A stretch of 64,000 nucleotides of DNA from an uncultured Gammaproteobacteria bacterium. GTDB taxonomy: Bacteria > Patescibacteriota > Patescibacteriia > Magasanikbacterales > UBA922. The notes under the pieces were generated by a model. It was not told the origin of the DNA. It made no database searches and saw only the letters and a program-made list of their open reading frames with translations. A program made the position numbers and the translations under genes. The stretch lies in the NCBI GenBank assembly GCA_964394405.1, contig CAYMVY010000001.1, positions 233,219 to 297,218 of the forward strand. Reading direction: 5' to 3'. Shown piece by piece: positions 1-9,119 of the stretch (within the stretch, counting starts at the first letter, position 1; each line of letters begins with the position of its first letter).

Positions 1-474
1 GTAGCTCAGATCCAAGAGCAACTCACCGTGCACGGTGGAGAGGGCGTAAAAACGGTCGATCTAGGAAAAAGTAGATTGGCGTACCCAGTGAAGCACATTC
101 GTTATGGGTATTTTGAATTTTTTACTTTCGATCTAGCCCCAGAAAAGGTGCAAAATCTTGAAAAATCAGTTCGTCTATTAGGAAACATCTTACGGGTGGT
201 AATTCAAGTACATAATCCAAAGCAGAAAGCGACAATCGCTCTCGCTCTTGATCCAACCGCATTAAGCGCTCCACAAAGAGGGGAAGATGCTCCACGAGCA
301 CCACGCAGTCACGAGCGAACCCATGAACCACGAAAAGAAAACAAAGATCGTGAAGAGGTGGCTTCAAAAGTGGGAGAAGAAAAAAAGGTAGAAACCGCAC
401 AGCCAAGCCTAAATTTGGAGAACATCGGAGAAAAACTCGATGAGATATTGCAGAAAGATATTGATAAGGTATAA
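1..474 (+). CDS. rpsF: 30S ribosomal protein S6 (5' end outside window)
   Basis: Frame open from position 1. Contains the RLAYPV...YGYFEFF core of S6 and an acidic C-terminal tail. Sits in the conserved rpsF-ssb-rpsR arrangement. Confidence 0.7.
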   Translation, partial: VAQIQEQLTVHGGEGVKTVDLGKSRLAYPVKHIRYGYFEFFTFDLAPEKVQNLEKSVRLLGNILRVVIQVHNPKQKATIALALDPTALSAPQRGEDAPRAPRSHERTHEPRKENKDREEVASKVGEEKKVETAQPSLNLENIGEKLDEILQKDIDKV

Positions 475-544
475 TAGCACTATAATTCATATACTGCGTT
501 TGCCCACTATATAAGGAGGGGTGTGCGCAATAATATATCTCAAT

Positions 545-991
545 ATGGATCTCAATCGAGTAATGATCCTGGGTCGCCTTACGCGTGACCCCGAGGTCAG
601 ATCAACGCCGTCAGGTCAAAGTGTCGCAAACGTCGGCGTAGCAACAAGCCGTGTATGGAAGGATACGAGCGGGACACGCCAAGAGCGTCCGGAGTATCAC
701 AATGTGGTATTGTGGGGTAAGCTCGCAGATATCGCAGGTCAATATCTAGGAAAAGGCCGAAGAGTATATATCGAAGGACGATTGGAAACTCGCGATTGGA
801 CTGGTCAGGATGGGGTAAAACGCTATCGGACTGAAATAATCGCAGAAAATTTGATCATGCTTGATGCTCCACGGTCTGGGCAAAGTCAGGGGGAATCAAC
901 AAGTGGAATGAGGAGTGATGAAGACCGGGCACCAGCGCCTCCGACCTCCATTCCTGATGATGAAATTAAGGTAGAAGATATACCGTTTTAA
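545..991 (+). CDS. ssb: single-stranded DNA-binding protein
   Basis: OB-fold SSB motifs (ILGRLTRDPEVR, HNVVLWGKLA). C-terminal acidic tail DDEIKVEDIPF. AGGAGG Shine-Dalgarno at 514-519. Start ambiguous between GTG 521 and ATG 545. Confidence 0.85.
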   Translation: MDLNRVMILGRLTRDPEVRSTPSGQSVANVGVATSRVWKDTSGTRQERPEYHNVVLWGKLADIAGQYLGKGRRVYIEGRLETRDWTGQDGVKRYRTEIIAENLIMLDAPRSGQSQGESTSGMRSDEDRAPAPPTSIPDDEIKVEDIPF

Positions 992-1006
992 ATTCTTGAT
1001 TAATGT

Positions 1007-1240
1007 ATGAAGCAAATGAAAGATAATAAACAAAAAAAGCAGAAACAGTGTCATTTCTGCATCAATAAGGACAAGCAAATCGACTATAAGGATAATGAAG
1101 GTTTGCGAAGGTTTACGTCTTCATATATGAAGATACAACCTCGTCGAAGAAGTGGATTGTGCGCAAAGCACCAGCGCCATATCGCTCGAGCGATCAAACA
1201 AGCTCGAATCGTAGGACTTCTCGCATTTGTTCCTAAATAA
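1007..1240 (+). CDS. rpsR: 30S ribosomal protein S18
   Basis: CHFC...IDYKD...LRRF..S....I.PRR.SGLC.K.QR....AIK.AR motif typical of S18. Follows ssb. Confidence 0.85.
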   Translation: MKQMKDNKQKKQKQCHFCINKDKQIDYKDNEGLRRFTSSYMKIQPRRRSGLCAKHQRHIARAIKQARIVGLLAFVPK

Positions 1241-1253
1241 GAGAATCAAAAAA

Positions 1254-1285
1254 ACATCCCGACTCAGTCGGGGTGTTTTTGTTTT
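1254..1285 (+). terminator. intrinsic terminator after rpsR (ACATCCCGAC-TCAG-GTCGGGGTGT + T-run)
   Basis: 10-bp stem, 4-nt loop, TTTTTGTTTT tail read directly. Same core hairpin recurs at 32133 and 45009. Confidence 0.6.
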
Positions 1286-1408
1286 GATAAAGATACGATA
1301 TGCATGGAAAAATATACAAAATAAATACATTTGTCTGTATTTTGTTCCATGTGTGTTGTATGTTGTGGTATACTTATCAAAAATTGAATATCTGAAACTA
1401 AAAATTCT

Positions 1409-1852
1409 ATGGAAACCTATGAAAAAAAACAAAGATATGAAAGAGAGCGATCAATTGAATCAAAAGAAGATCACGAAGAAGAATTGACCGAAGAAGCTCG
1501 TGCAGCCGCAACTCGTGAGCGAGCAGAGTATCTGGTAAAGGAAGTAAAATCAGGCACACAACAGATGCAAAATATTATGCTCCATATGCAGCAAGTCCTC
1601 AAGGAACTGCACGACCTCGAAACACAGCTCCAACTGCCATATACGACTGACCCCTCTTCAGTGGTACAGGATAAAAAACGCATAGAAAAATTACGATCAA
1701 AAATTGAACAACACAAAGTAGAACTTCGAGAAATGAAAGACGATTTGCTCGCAATACTCAAATCAGAATCCACACAAAATACACATTCCACAGAAACACA
1801 GAAACGAGCTCAGATAATTCTCGAAGAGGTGGTGAAAGAGATTGATTTTTGA
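1409..1852 (+). CDS. hypothetical coiled-coil protein (E/K/R-rich)
   Basis: 147-aa ORF, charged heptad-like composition, no recognisable domain. Confidence 0.45.
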   Translation: METYEKKQRYERERSIESKEDHEEELTEEARAAATRERAEYLVKEVKSGTQQMQNIMLHMQQVLKELHDLETQLQLPYTTDPSSVVQDKKRIEKLRSKIEQHKVELREMKDDLLAILKSESTQNTHSTETQKRAQIILEEVVKEIDF

Positions 1853-1867
1853 ATATAATTTTATCGG

Positions 1868-3640
1868 ATGAGAAGTCATCGCATACAAGCAGGATTTACC
1901 CTGATAGAATCGCTAATAGCGCTCGGTATTTTTGCGATTTTTGTAGTGGGTATTTACGGGAGCATACAGTTGAGTTTTTCATTGGTCTATCATTCACGTG
2001 TGCGAATTATTGGAACAGCTCTTCTGAATGAACAAATCGAGATTATACGCAACGCGCCATTTGATAGTGTGGGGATAATCAATGGGAGTCCTTCAGGAAT
2101 TTTTGAATATGTGACTACGACCAATAGAAATGGGATGATATTTGAAATCACACGAACCATTAGAAATGTGGATGATCCCTATGATGGAACAATCGGGGGA
2201 ACACCGGGGGACACTGCTCCGGCAGATTACAGATTTGTAGAAATTGAAGCAAGGTGTGTCTCCTGCGATCAGACCGAACCACTTGCAATGTACACCTATG
2301 TTGCACCAAAATACCTAGAAGGAAATCTGAATCATGGCGCACTATTTATACAGGTGATAGATGCATACGGCAATCCTGTTCCTGATGCACGAGTACACGT
2401 AGTTGCAACAAGCACCAACCCGACATATGATTTTTTTGACACTACTGACAATAGTGGTTATTTGAGAGTTTATGATCTTGCTACAGGAACAACGAAGTTT
2501 GTGATAGAGGCGACAAAAGAAGGGTATACTACAGCGACGACCTATTCCCCAAGTTCTACTAACCCAAATCCAACAACTCCGCATGTTACGATTATACAAC
2601 AGGCGGTAAGCAATCTTACATTGTCAATCGATCATATATCCACACTTGCAATTGAAACAAAAAATGCGCAATGCACAGCTGTACCCTCAGTTCCGGTGAC
2701 AATCAAAGGGACACGCCTCATTGGTCTGAATCCGAGTGTGTTTCTGGTGAATGAAGGTCGTATAACGAACAGTCTGGGTACCACAGGAGAAATGCAATTA
2801 CCCTGGGATAGCTATGGAATTACGGTTACAGGATATGATTTGATTGGTACGATTCCTGATGTGCTGATGCCCATATTGCCAGGATCGTCTCAGACGAGCC
2901 AATTGATTGTAGGGACAGATACCACTCGATCTCTCGTGGTTACTGTAGTAAATCAGGGTGCACCCATCGCAAGTGCTACAGTCACGGTCACTGGACCGAA
3001 TGGGTTTTCATCAGTCAAGACAACCGGAGTCGGGAGTATTTCTCAAACGGATTGGTCATCAGGACCAAATCATGAAACTTTTGGAGCAGGACAGGGGTAT
3101 AGTGAAGCGACTGGGGTCGATCCATACACTTCACCTGGAGACCTCACACTCGCACTCAATGGAAATTCATATGTATCAAGTGGGGTACTCGAATCCTCGA
3201 CCATTGATACAGGAGAAAACGCTCGGTATGTCGTCTGGTCGTGGAATCCGATGTCTGAGACACCATCAACAACGGTGCGTTTTCAAATTGCTACTAGTCC
3301 ATCGAGTACAGGACAAATATGGAATTTTGTAGGTCCGGATGGGACTGCAAACACCTATTTCAGTACTACTAGTACCAGTATTTCCAGTGTGCATGATGAT
3401 GAGCCGTATATGAGGTATCGGGTGTATCTAAGTACTATTGATCCGTCAGTCACACCAATAGTATCTGATCTGTCATTTGTATATACCAATGCGTGCACTC
3501 CGCCAGGACAAGTGTATATGGGGGGCTTAAGTCAAGGAGAATATACTATCCAAGTCCAAGCAGAAGGATTCCAGGCATATGAGCAAACAGTTGATGTCAC
3601 TGCTGACCACTTTATCACGACCGAGCTAACTGCCCTATGA
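1868..3640 (+). CDS. large type IV prepilin-like protein (prepilin-type N-terminal cleavage/methylation domain; Thr/Ser-rich)
   Basis: N-terminus MRSHRIQAGFTLIESLIALGIFAIFVVGIYG matches the G|FTLIE prepilin leader with Glu at +5 and a hydrophobic helix. 590 aa, Thr/Ser/Gly-rich body. Confidence 0.7.
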   Translation: MRSHRIQAGFTLIESLIALGIFAIFVVGIYGSIQLSFSLVYHSRVRIIGTALLNEQIEIIRNAPFDSVGIINGSPSGIFEYVTTTNRNGMIFEITRTIRNVDDPYDGTIGGTPGDTAPADYRFVEIEARCVSCDQTEPLAMYTYVAPKYLEGNLNHGALFIQVIDAYGNPVPDARVHVVATSTNPTYDFFDTTDNSGYLRVYDLATGTTKFVIEATKEGYTTATTYSPSSTNPNPTTPHVTIIQQAVSNLTLSIDHISTLAIETKNAQCTAVPSVPVTIKGTRLIGLNPSVFLVNEGRITNSLGTTGEMQLPWDSYGITVTGYDLIGTIPDVLMPILPGSSQTSQLIVGTDTTRSLVVTVVNQGAPIASATVTVTGPNGFSSVKTTGVGSISQTDWSSGPNHETFGAGQGYSEATGVDPYTSPGDLTLALNGNSYVSSGVLESSTIDTGENARYVVWSWNPMSETPSTTVRFQIATSPSSTGQIWNFVGPDGTANTYFSTTSTSISSVHDDEPYMRYRVYLSTIDPSVTPIVSDLSFVYTNACTPPGQVYMGGLSQGEYTIQVQAEGFQAYEQTVDVTADHFITTELTAL

Positions 3641-4260
3641 AACAAAAGATTAAAAAATTCATACGGTATCGCGGCACTAGCCTGGTTGAGGTTACGGTGG
3701 TAGTGGGAATAACAGCGATTGTTACTTTGGGGGCAGCATCTTTTATCATTTTAAGTTTTCGCAATCAACGTGTAATTGATGATCAGCTGTTTGGGCAGAA
3801 AGAAGCGCGACGTATTGTTTCTGAAATTGTAAATACCGTGCGCACTGCAGAGCAATCAAGTATCGGTTCTTATCCAATTGCTGAGGCAACTACTTCTTCG
3901 CTTACGGTGTATACGAATATAGACAAAGATTCACTGAGAGAGCGTGTGCGTTATTGGCTTCTTGGGACTGAGTTAAAAAAAGGGGTTCTCAAGCCAAGCG
4001 GAAACCCGCTTTCGTACACAGGTACTGAGCAAGTAACAACGATTGCCCACAATGTTCAAAATAACGCTCAGGGTACAGCCACATTTGAATATTTTGATGA
4101 ATCATATGCTGGCTCAGGAGTAGGAATGAGCTCACCTGTCGCTATTCCTTCTATACGTATGGTGAAGATTGTAATTGAAATTGAAAGAGATGCATCTGTA
4201 AGTCCAGTACCACTAAAAGTAGAATCACTTACACAAATTAGGAATCTCAAAGAGAATTAG
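3637..4260 (+). CDS. type IV pseudopilin / minor pilin
   Basis: N-terminus RYRG|TSLVEVTVVVGITAIVTLGA is a prepilin-like leader with Glu at +5. Overlaps the upstream gene stop, so likely co-operonic. Confidence 0.65.
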   Translation: MKQKIKKFIRYRGTSLVEVTVVVGITAIVTLGAASFIILSFRNQRVIDDQLFGQKEARRIVSEIVNTVRTAEQSSIGSYPIAEATTSSLTVYTNIDKDSLRERVRYWLLGTELKKGVLKPSGNPLSYTGTEQVTTIAHNVQNNAQGTATFEYFDESYAGSGVGMSSPVAIPSIRMVKIVIEIERDASVSPVPLKVESLTQIRNLKEN

Positions 4261-4365
4261 TGATATTGATTTAGATAAGTAACCACAGTACGTTCAGTGA
4301 TTTGATGAAGTAGGGTTATCAAAAGGCTTAATTAGAAAGTTATTCCTCTCTGACGCAGTCAGCAT

Positions 4366-5730
4366 ATGAGTCACACAAAGCACCATAAGCAACCATATCG
4401 CGGAACAACACTCCTTATTGTGATGATCTTTGGAACCATCGCATTTGTCATAATGGTGCTTGGGGTTTTGGGGTACGCACTATTTGAACACAAAATTTCG
4501 ATGGAAATGTATCGAAGAGATGCTGCATTTCATATCGGAGAGGCAGGGATTAATTATTATCGCTGGCACCTAGCGCATAATACAACTGATTTTACTGATG
4601 GCACTGGATTGCCTGGGCCCTATACACATACAATGAGAGATAAGTTCAATACATCTGTGGGTAGCTACTCAATTACCATTTCCTCCCCACTGCCCAATTC
4701 TTCAGTCATTGAGGTTTCTTCAACAGGAACGATAATAACCTCACCGAACGCAAAGCGCGCCCTCAAGGTACGGCTCGGTTTCCCCTCATTCACAGACAGT
4801 GCATTTCTCATGAATGTAGATATGAGCTTCAGCTCAACAACACAGGTTCATGGCGAGGTATTATCGAATGGGGGCATCAAATTCGATGGCACGACTGACT
4901 CATGGGTGAGAAGTGCTCGTACTACCTACACGTATCAGGGGCAGTCCAAACCAGGGATATGGGGGAATGGTGGTCCGCAGTATTACTGGCAATTTCCAGT
5001 ACCTGCAGCTGATTTTGGATCAGTCACTGCTGATCTTGCTGCCCTAAAAACCATTTCACAACAGAGTGGCGGCAAATATTTGAGCTCTTCAGGAAGAGAG
5101 GGGTATCAGATCATTTTTAATAATACACAATATACAGTATATCGAGTGCGAACTCGCGACTGTTATGCAGGGAGCGGGGTGGATTATTGTTATGATATTG
5201 GTAGCAAGACCCTCATTGGGACATATACACTTCCCACCAATGGGGTAATGTTTATCGAAGACAATGCATGGCTCGAAGGAACTGTGGATGGTAGGGTTAC
5301 GATTGGGGTCGGAACATTTCCTGTACAAGGAACATATAAACAAGTGTATATTTCCAATAATCTGCTACAAAAACAAAAATCAAGTGATGATGTGATTGGA
5401 ATTATAGCGCAGGGCAGTATTATTATTCCCTATGAAGCCCCCAGTACTATGGAGGTAAATGCAGCAGCACTCTCACAATATGCACAAATCTATACACCAT
5501 ACTATAGTCCAAGTCAAAATCCAGGAGCGCTGAAAAATTCTCTTACCTTCTTTGGTTCTCAGATTTCGTATACAGGAGGCGGATGGAAATATATCAATGG
5601 ACAGGGGCAAGTAACTTCTGGATATTTATACACCAATCATGTATATGATGGAAATCTGAAGTACTACCCACCTCCAGGATTTCCGACAGGCTCTACGTAT
5701 GAATTGATTAGCTGGGAAGAGGTGCAATAA
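4366..5730 (+). CDS. pilus-associated protein with prepilin-like N-terminal helix (PilX-like, no Glu5)
   Basis: N-terminus PYRGTTLLIVMIFGTIAFVIMVLGVLGYA is a hydrophobic helix after RG. 454 aa. Third gene of the pilin-like trio. Confidence 0.4.
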   Translation: MSHTKHHKQPYRGTTLLIVMIFGTIAFVIMVLGVLGYALFEHKISMEMYRRDAAFHIGEAGINYYRWHLAHNTTDFTDGTGLPGPYTHTMRDKFNTSVGSYSITISSPLPNSSVIEVSSTGTIITSPNAKRALKVRLGFPSFTDSAFLMNVDMSFSSTTQVHGEVLSNGGIKFDGTTDSWVRSARTTYTYQGQSKPGIWGNGGPQYYWQFPVPAADFGSVTADLAALKTISQQSGGKYLSSSGREGYQIIFNNTQYTVYRVRTRDCYAGSGVDYCYDIGSKTLIGTYTLPTNGVMFIEDNAWLEGTVDGRVTIGVGTFPVQGTYKQVYISNNLLQKQKSSDDVIGIIAQGSIIIPYEAPSTMEVNAAALSQYAQIYTPYYSPSQNPGALKNSLTFFGSQISYTGGGWKYINGQGQVTSGYLYTNHVYDGNLKYYPPPGFPTGSTYELISWEEVQ

Positions 5731-5759
5731 AGTTACAAGTAAAAGAGAAAATTGATTTT

Positions 5760-5788
5760 TTACCTTTTACTTTACAATGTGTTATAAT
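5760..5788 (+). promoter_or_regulatory. candidate sigma70 promoter with extended -10 (TGtTATAAT) upstream of galU
   Basis: TATAAT at 5783-5788 preceded by TG at 5780-5781. Weak -35 TTACCT at 17-nt spacing. Confidence 0.35.
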
Positions 5789-5836
5789 ACGTTCAACTTG
5801 TTTTTAAACACAGATTTTTCGTTAGAACATACGCGT

Positions 5837-6676
5837 ATGGTTACTGTAAAAAAAGGAGTAATTACGGTTGCAGGACTTGGCACTCGCTTTCTACCCGCGA
5901 CCAAGGCAATGCCAAAAGAAATGCTTCCTGTTCTTGATAAACCAGTAGTGCAGTACATTGTGGAAGAAATGGTAATGAGCGGAATAACTGAAATAATTTT
6001 TGTGACTAGTTCGCTCAAACGCGCGATAGAAGATCATTTTGATCGCGACCGCGATTTTGAAGCGTATCTCGAACGCCAGGGAAAATTGGATCGGATACAA
6101 TCTCTGATTGATTTGAGCAAGAAAGTCAGATTTTTTTATACCAGACAGGCAGAACCCCTAGGAAATGGGCATGCACTTCTATGCGCAAAAGAATTTATTG
6201 GAGACGAGGCATTTGCTTTCTCTGACGGGGATAGCATTATTGATAGTAAAGTGCCAGTCATACGCCAGCTAATTCAGATTTTTAATAAAAAAAGTTCATC
6301 TATAATCGGGGTACAAAAGATTGAAGACAAAGAGGAAATGTCAAAAAAATACGGAAATGTGTACGGTAAATCACTAGGACAGGGGATTTATCGCGTGAAG
6401 GAATTTCGAGAAAAGCCACCCATTGCAGAAGTTTCACCTTTGGGTCTTATTATTGGGGGTATGCGCTACATCTTTACCAAAGATATTTGGCCCATGCTCG
6501 AAGCACAGCGCTCTGGCAGAGACGGGGAAATTTGGTTATCAGACGCAGCAAACGCACTTGCAAAGAAAAAAAAGTTTTTTGCCTATGAATACGAAGGAGA
6601 ATATTTTGATACGGGAAATCCACTTGCACTACTAAAAACAACAATCCATTTTGCACAAAAAGAAGGGTTGTTGTAA
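5837..6676 (+). CDS. galU: UTP--glucose-1-phosphate uridylyltransferase
   Basis: N-terminus VITVAGLGTRFLPATKAMPKEMLPV is the GalU/nucleotidyltransferase signature. Start placed at the internal Met (MVTVKKG). Confidence 0.8.
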   Translation: MVTVKKGVITVAGLGTRFLPATKAMPKEMLPVLDKPVVQYIVEEMVMSGITEIIFVTSSLKRAIEDHFDRDRDFEAYLERQGKLDRIQSLIDLSKKVRFFYTRQAEPLGNGHALLCAKEFIGDEAFAFSDGDSIIDSKVPVIRQLIQIFNKKSSSIIGVQKIEDKEEMSKKYGNVYGKSLGQGIYRVKEFREKPPIAEVSPLGLIIGGMRYIFTKDIWPMLEAQRSGRDGEIWLSDAANALAKKKKFFAYEYEGEYFDTGNPLALLKTTIHFAQKEGLL

Positions 6677-6692
6677 TTAAGAATGTATATAG

Positions 6693-7664
6693 TTGCTGAT
6701 AACTATGGAACAAACCTTAAAAGAAATAAGTAAATTAATGGTAGCTTTGTCCACTCTTTTTTTTCTTTTTTTTTCACACACATATACGGTTGTTGCAGCA
6801 ACTCCCAAATATCTCTACTGTGACTGTAGAGTGGAGGTGGGCTTTGCTCTTGAAGAGAATCAGGAAGCGACATTGGATGATAATCTTTTCATCAGGTACG
6901 CCCCGCTCATTGATAATGGTGTAACCAATGACACAATTTTTACTTTTCCAGGTGAGTACTCAAATTCAATTAGTGGGAGAGGGTTTATAAATGGAGATAA
7001 GTTCGGGTATTCTTACGCCAAGAATGTGTTTGAAAAAATTAAAGCAGGTGGGGCGATATTATATGATGAAGCTGGGAATTATTTTAAAAATCAACAGTCA
7101 ACTAACAATAATTTCAATCTCTATCCATTCAAACTTAATCCTCAATTTAAACAGGCAGCATTCGTTATAGAAAATGAGACAGAGGCAATGATTGATTTTA
7201 ATACTCAAGATAAAAATGCTTGTAGCGTAGATATTCCTTCGATAGAAGGGTATCCGAGTGGTATTTATAGTAGAGTCAAAGGCGATACATATATTGGATT
7301 TAAAATGGAGTGTGCCGATCGATATGAGTATGATATAAATGAAGTACCAGACCCGCATGAAAAGGAAAATACTGGTCAATCTCCCAGTAGCACCTCACTT
7401 AAAAAATTCGCAGACCAGCTCAACAAACTAGAGGCAAAAACTCTCCCTGCTTTGATCGGGGTTATCATAAAAGGATTGATGGGTATCATTGGGACTGTGG
7501 CACTAGTCATGATGCTCTACGGAGGAATTCTATGGATGACTGCCCGAGGAAATTCTGAGACTACTACCAAGGCGCGCGATACGATTCTGTGGGCAGGACT
7601 CGGGATCGTCGTGATCTTTGCGAGCTATGCGCTGGTAGACTTTATATTTGAGATATTTAGGTAA
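6693..7664 (+). CDS. secreted protein with C-terminal TrbC/VirB2-like pilin module (array member P0)
   Basis: N-terminal hydrophobic signal. C-terminus LYGGILWMTARGNSETTTKARDTILWAGLGIVVIFASYAL matches the array consensus. Confidence 0.55.
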   Translation: MLITMEQTLKEISKLMVALSTLFFLFFSHTYTVVAATPKYLYCDCRVEVGFALEENQEATLDDNLFIRYAPLIDNGVTNDTIFTFPGEYSNSISGRGFINGDKFGYSYAKNVFEKIKAGGAILYDEAGNYFKNQQSTNNNFNLYPFKLNPQFKQAAFVIENETEAMIDFNTQDKNACSVDIPSIEGYPSGIYSRVKGDTYIGFKMECADRYEYDINEVPDPHEKENTGQSPSSTSLKKFADQLNKLEAKTLPALIGVIIKGLMGIIGTVALVMMLYGGILWMTARGNSETTTKARDTILWAGLGIVVIFASYALVDFIFEIFR

Positions 7665-7734
7665 CATATGACTACAGACAGCGGTCAATATTTTTCTCAG
7701 TAGTCTGTCAACAGTAGTCCGTAGTCCAAAAATT

Positions 7735-9111
7735 ATGAAAAAACGAATACTCATCTCTCTAGCAATGGCCATGGTGCTAACCATTTCTGGTTTTGGCTGC
7801 AAAGGATTGAGTGTGCAAGAGAGATCGGCCGTGAAATCCACCACACTCAATTATTGGACAATATATAATAATGTTGAAGAATTGAAAAAATATGCTGCAG
7901 AGTACAAACAAATTCGTCCGCAGGTCACCATAAACATTAGACAAGTGCGGTATGAGGAATTTGATCAATTATTTACCAATGCGTTGGCTGACGATGTAGG
8001 TCCTGATATTGTGTCTATGCATGTACGCTGGCTACACAAAAATCAGGGAAGACTGTCACCTGCTCCACCATCAGTACAGGTACCTCGATTGATTCAGAAG
8101 AATAAATATACCAAGGAACAAGAGGTGGTAATAGATACTATTGCACTCCCACGTGAGCGAGATATTCGAAATGAATATGTAAAAACAGTACATAAAGATG
8201 TTGTAATTGACGGGTCTATCTACGGGCTACCACTCGCGGTCGACTCTCTCGCTCTATTCTACAATCAGACTCTACTAGATCGTGCGGGCATTCCTGAGCC
8301 ACCAGCGACCTGGGAAGAATTCGTTGATGCAGTGCAACAGACGACGAGGTTCAACGCAACACTCGATATTATCCAATCCGGAGTTGCGCTCGGTACTGCA
8401 AATAATATAGATAATTTTTTTGACATTGTTTCATTATTCATGCTCCAGAGTGGGGTCACGCTGACCGAAGAAAATAATGTATTATTTGGTGTAGGAGTAG
8501 ATCGTGCTCCAGACCGCACACATCCTACCATCCGCGCGCTCGATTTCTATACAGGGTTTGCAAGAGCTACTGCAGATAGATATAGCTGGAATGAGCGCAT
8601 GCAGAATGCATTTGATGAATTTGTGCGTGGTAAAAGCGCATTTTTCTTGGGGTTTGCCTATGACTACCCTCGCATCAAGGAGAGAGCGCCTCAGCTCGAT
8701 ATGCGAATTGCAACAATTCCCCAGCTCAATCCGAGTTCTCCCTCAAATGTCGCGAATTATTGGGTAGAGTCAGTGGTAAAGAAATCCAAATATCAAAACG
8801 AAGCATGGGATTTTGTACGGTTTATCACATCAAAAGAAAAGGTAAAAGAATATACTGCAGCAACTTTCAGACCAAGCCCCTATCGAGAGCAGATAACTGA
8901 GCAACAAGAGGATGAACAACTAGGTCCATTTGCAACCCAGGCATTATTTGCAGAAAACTGGTATCGAGGGAAAGAAGGGGATATTGCAGTCGAAACAATG
9001 AAAGATATGGTAACTGAATTTTTGAGACCAGGAAACGATGAGCAGGAGACACTCAAGAAAGATAAAACAACTATTATCAATAGTGCTGCAAAAATTCAGC
9101 AGACATACTGA
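7735..9111 (+). CDS. extracellular solute-binding protein (ABC-type, family 1-like) lipoprotein
   Basis: Signal plus lipobox-like ISGFGC. Size and composition of a sugar-type SBP. No permease genes adjacent. Confidence 0.4.
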   Translation: MKKRILISLAMAMVLTISGFGCKGLSVQERSAVKSTTLNYWTIYNNVEELKKYAAEYKQIRPQVTINIRQVRYEEFDQLFTNALADDVGPDIVSMHVRWLHKNQGRLSPAPPSVQVPRLIQKNKYTKEQEVVIDTIALPRERDIRNEYVKTVHKDVVIDGSIYGLPLAVDSLALFYNQTLLDRAGIPEPPATWEEFVDAVQQTTRFNATLDIIQSGVALGTANNIDNFFDIVSLFMLQSGVTLTEENNVLFGVGVDRAPDRTHPTIRALDFYTGFARATADRYSWNERMQNAFDEFVRGKSAFFLGFAYDYPRIKERAPQLDMRIATIPQLNPSSPSNVANYWVESVVKKSKYQNEAWDFVRFITSKEKVKEYTAATFRPSPYREQITEQQEDEQLGPFATQALFAENWYRGKEGDIAVETMKDMVTEFLRPGNDEQETLKKDKTTIINSAAKIQQTY

Positions 9112-9119
9112 GCATTGCT

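Noticed and set aside
521-544. GTG 521 as the ssb start
   Set aside because: It is only 1 nt after the AGGAGG Shine-Dalgarno. ATG 545 gives the canonical SSB N-terminus (MDLNRVMILGRL), though spacing to the Shine-Dalgarno is long. The start remains uncertain.
1121-1487. ORFs 1121-1432 (-) and 1227-1487 (+) after rpsR
   Set aside because: They lie in an AT-rich intergenic region spanning a terminator, with low-complexity K/I/F-rich translations. This looks non-coding.
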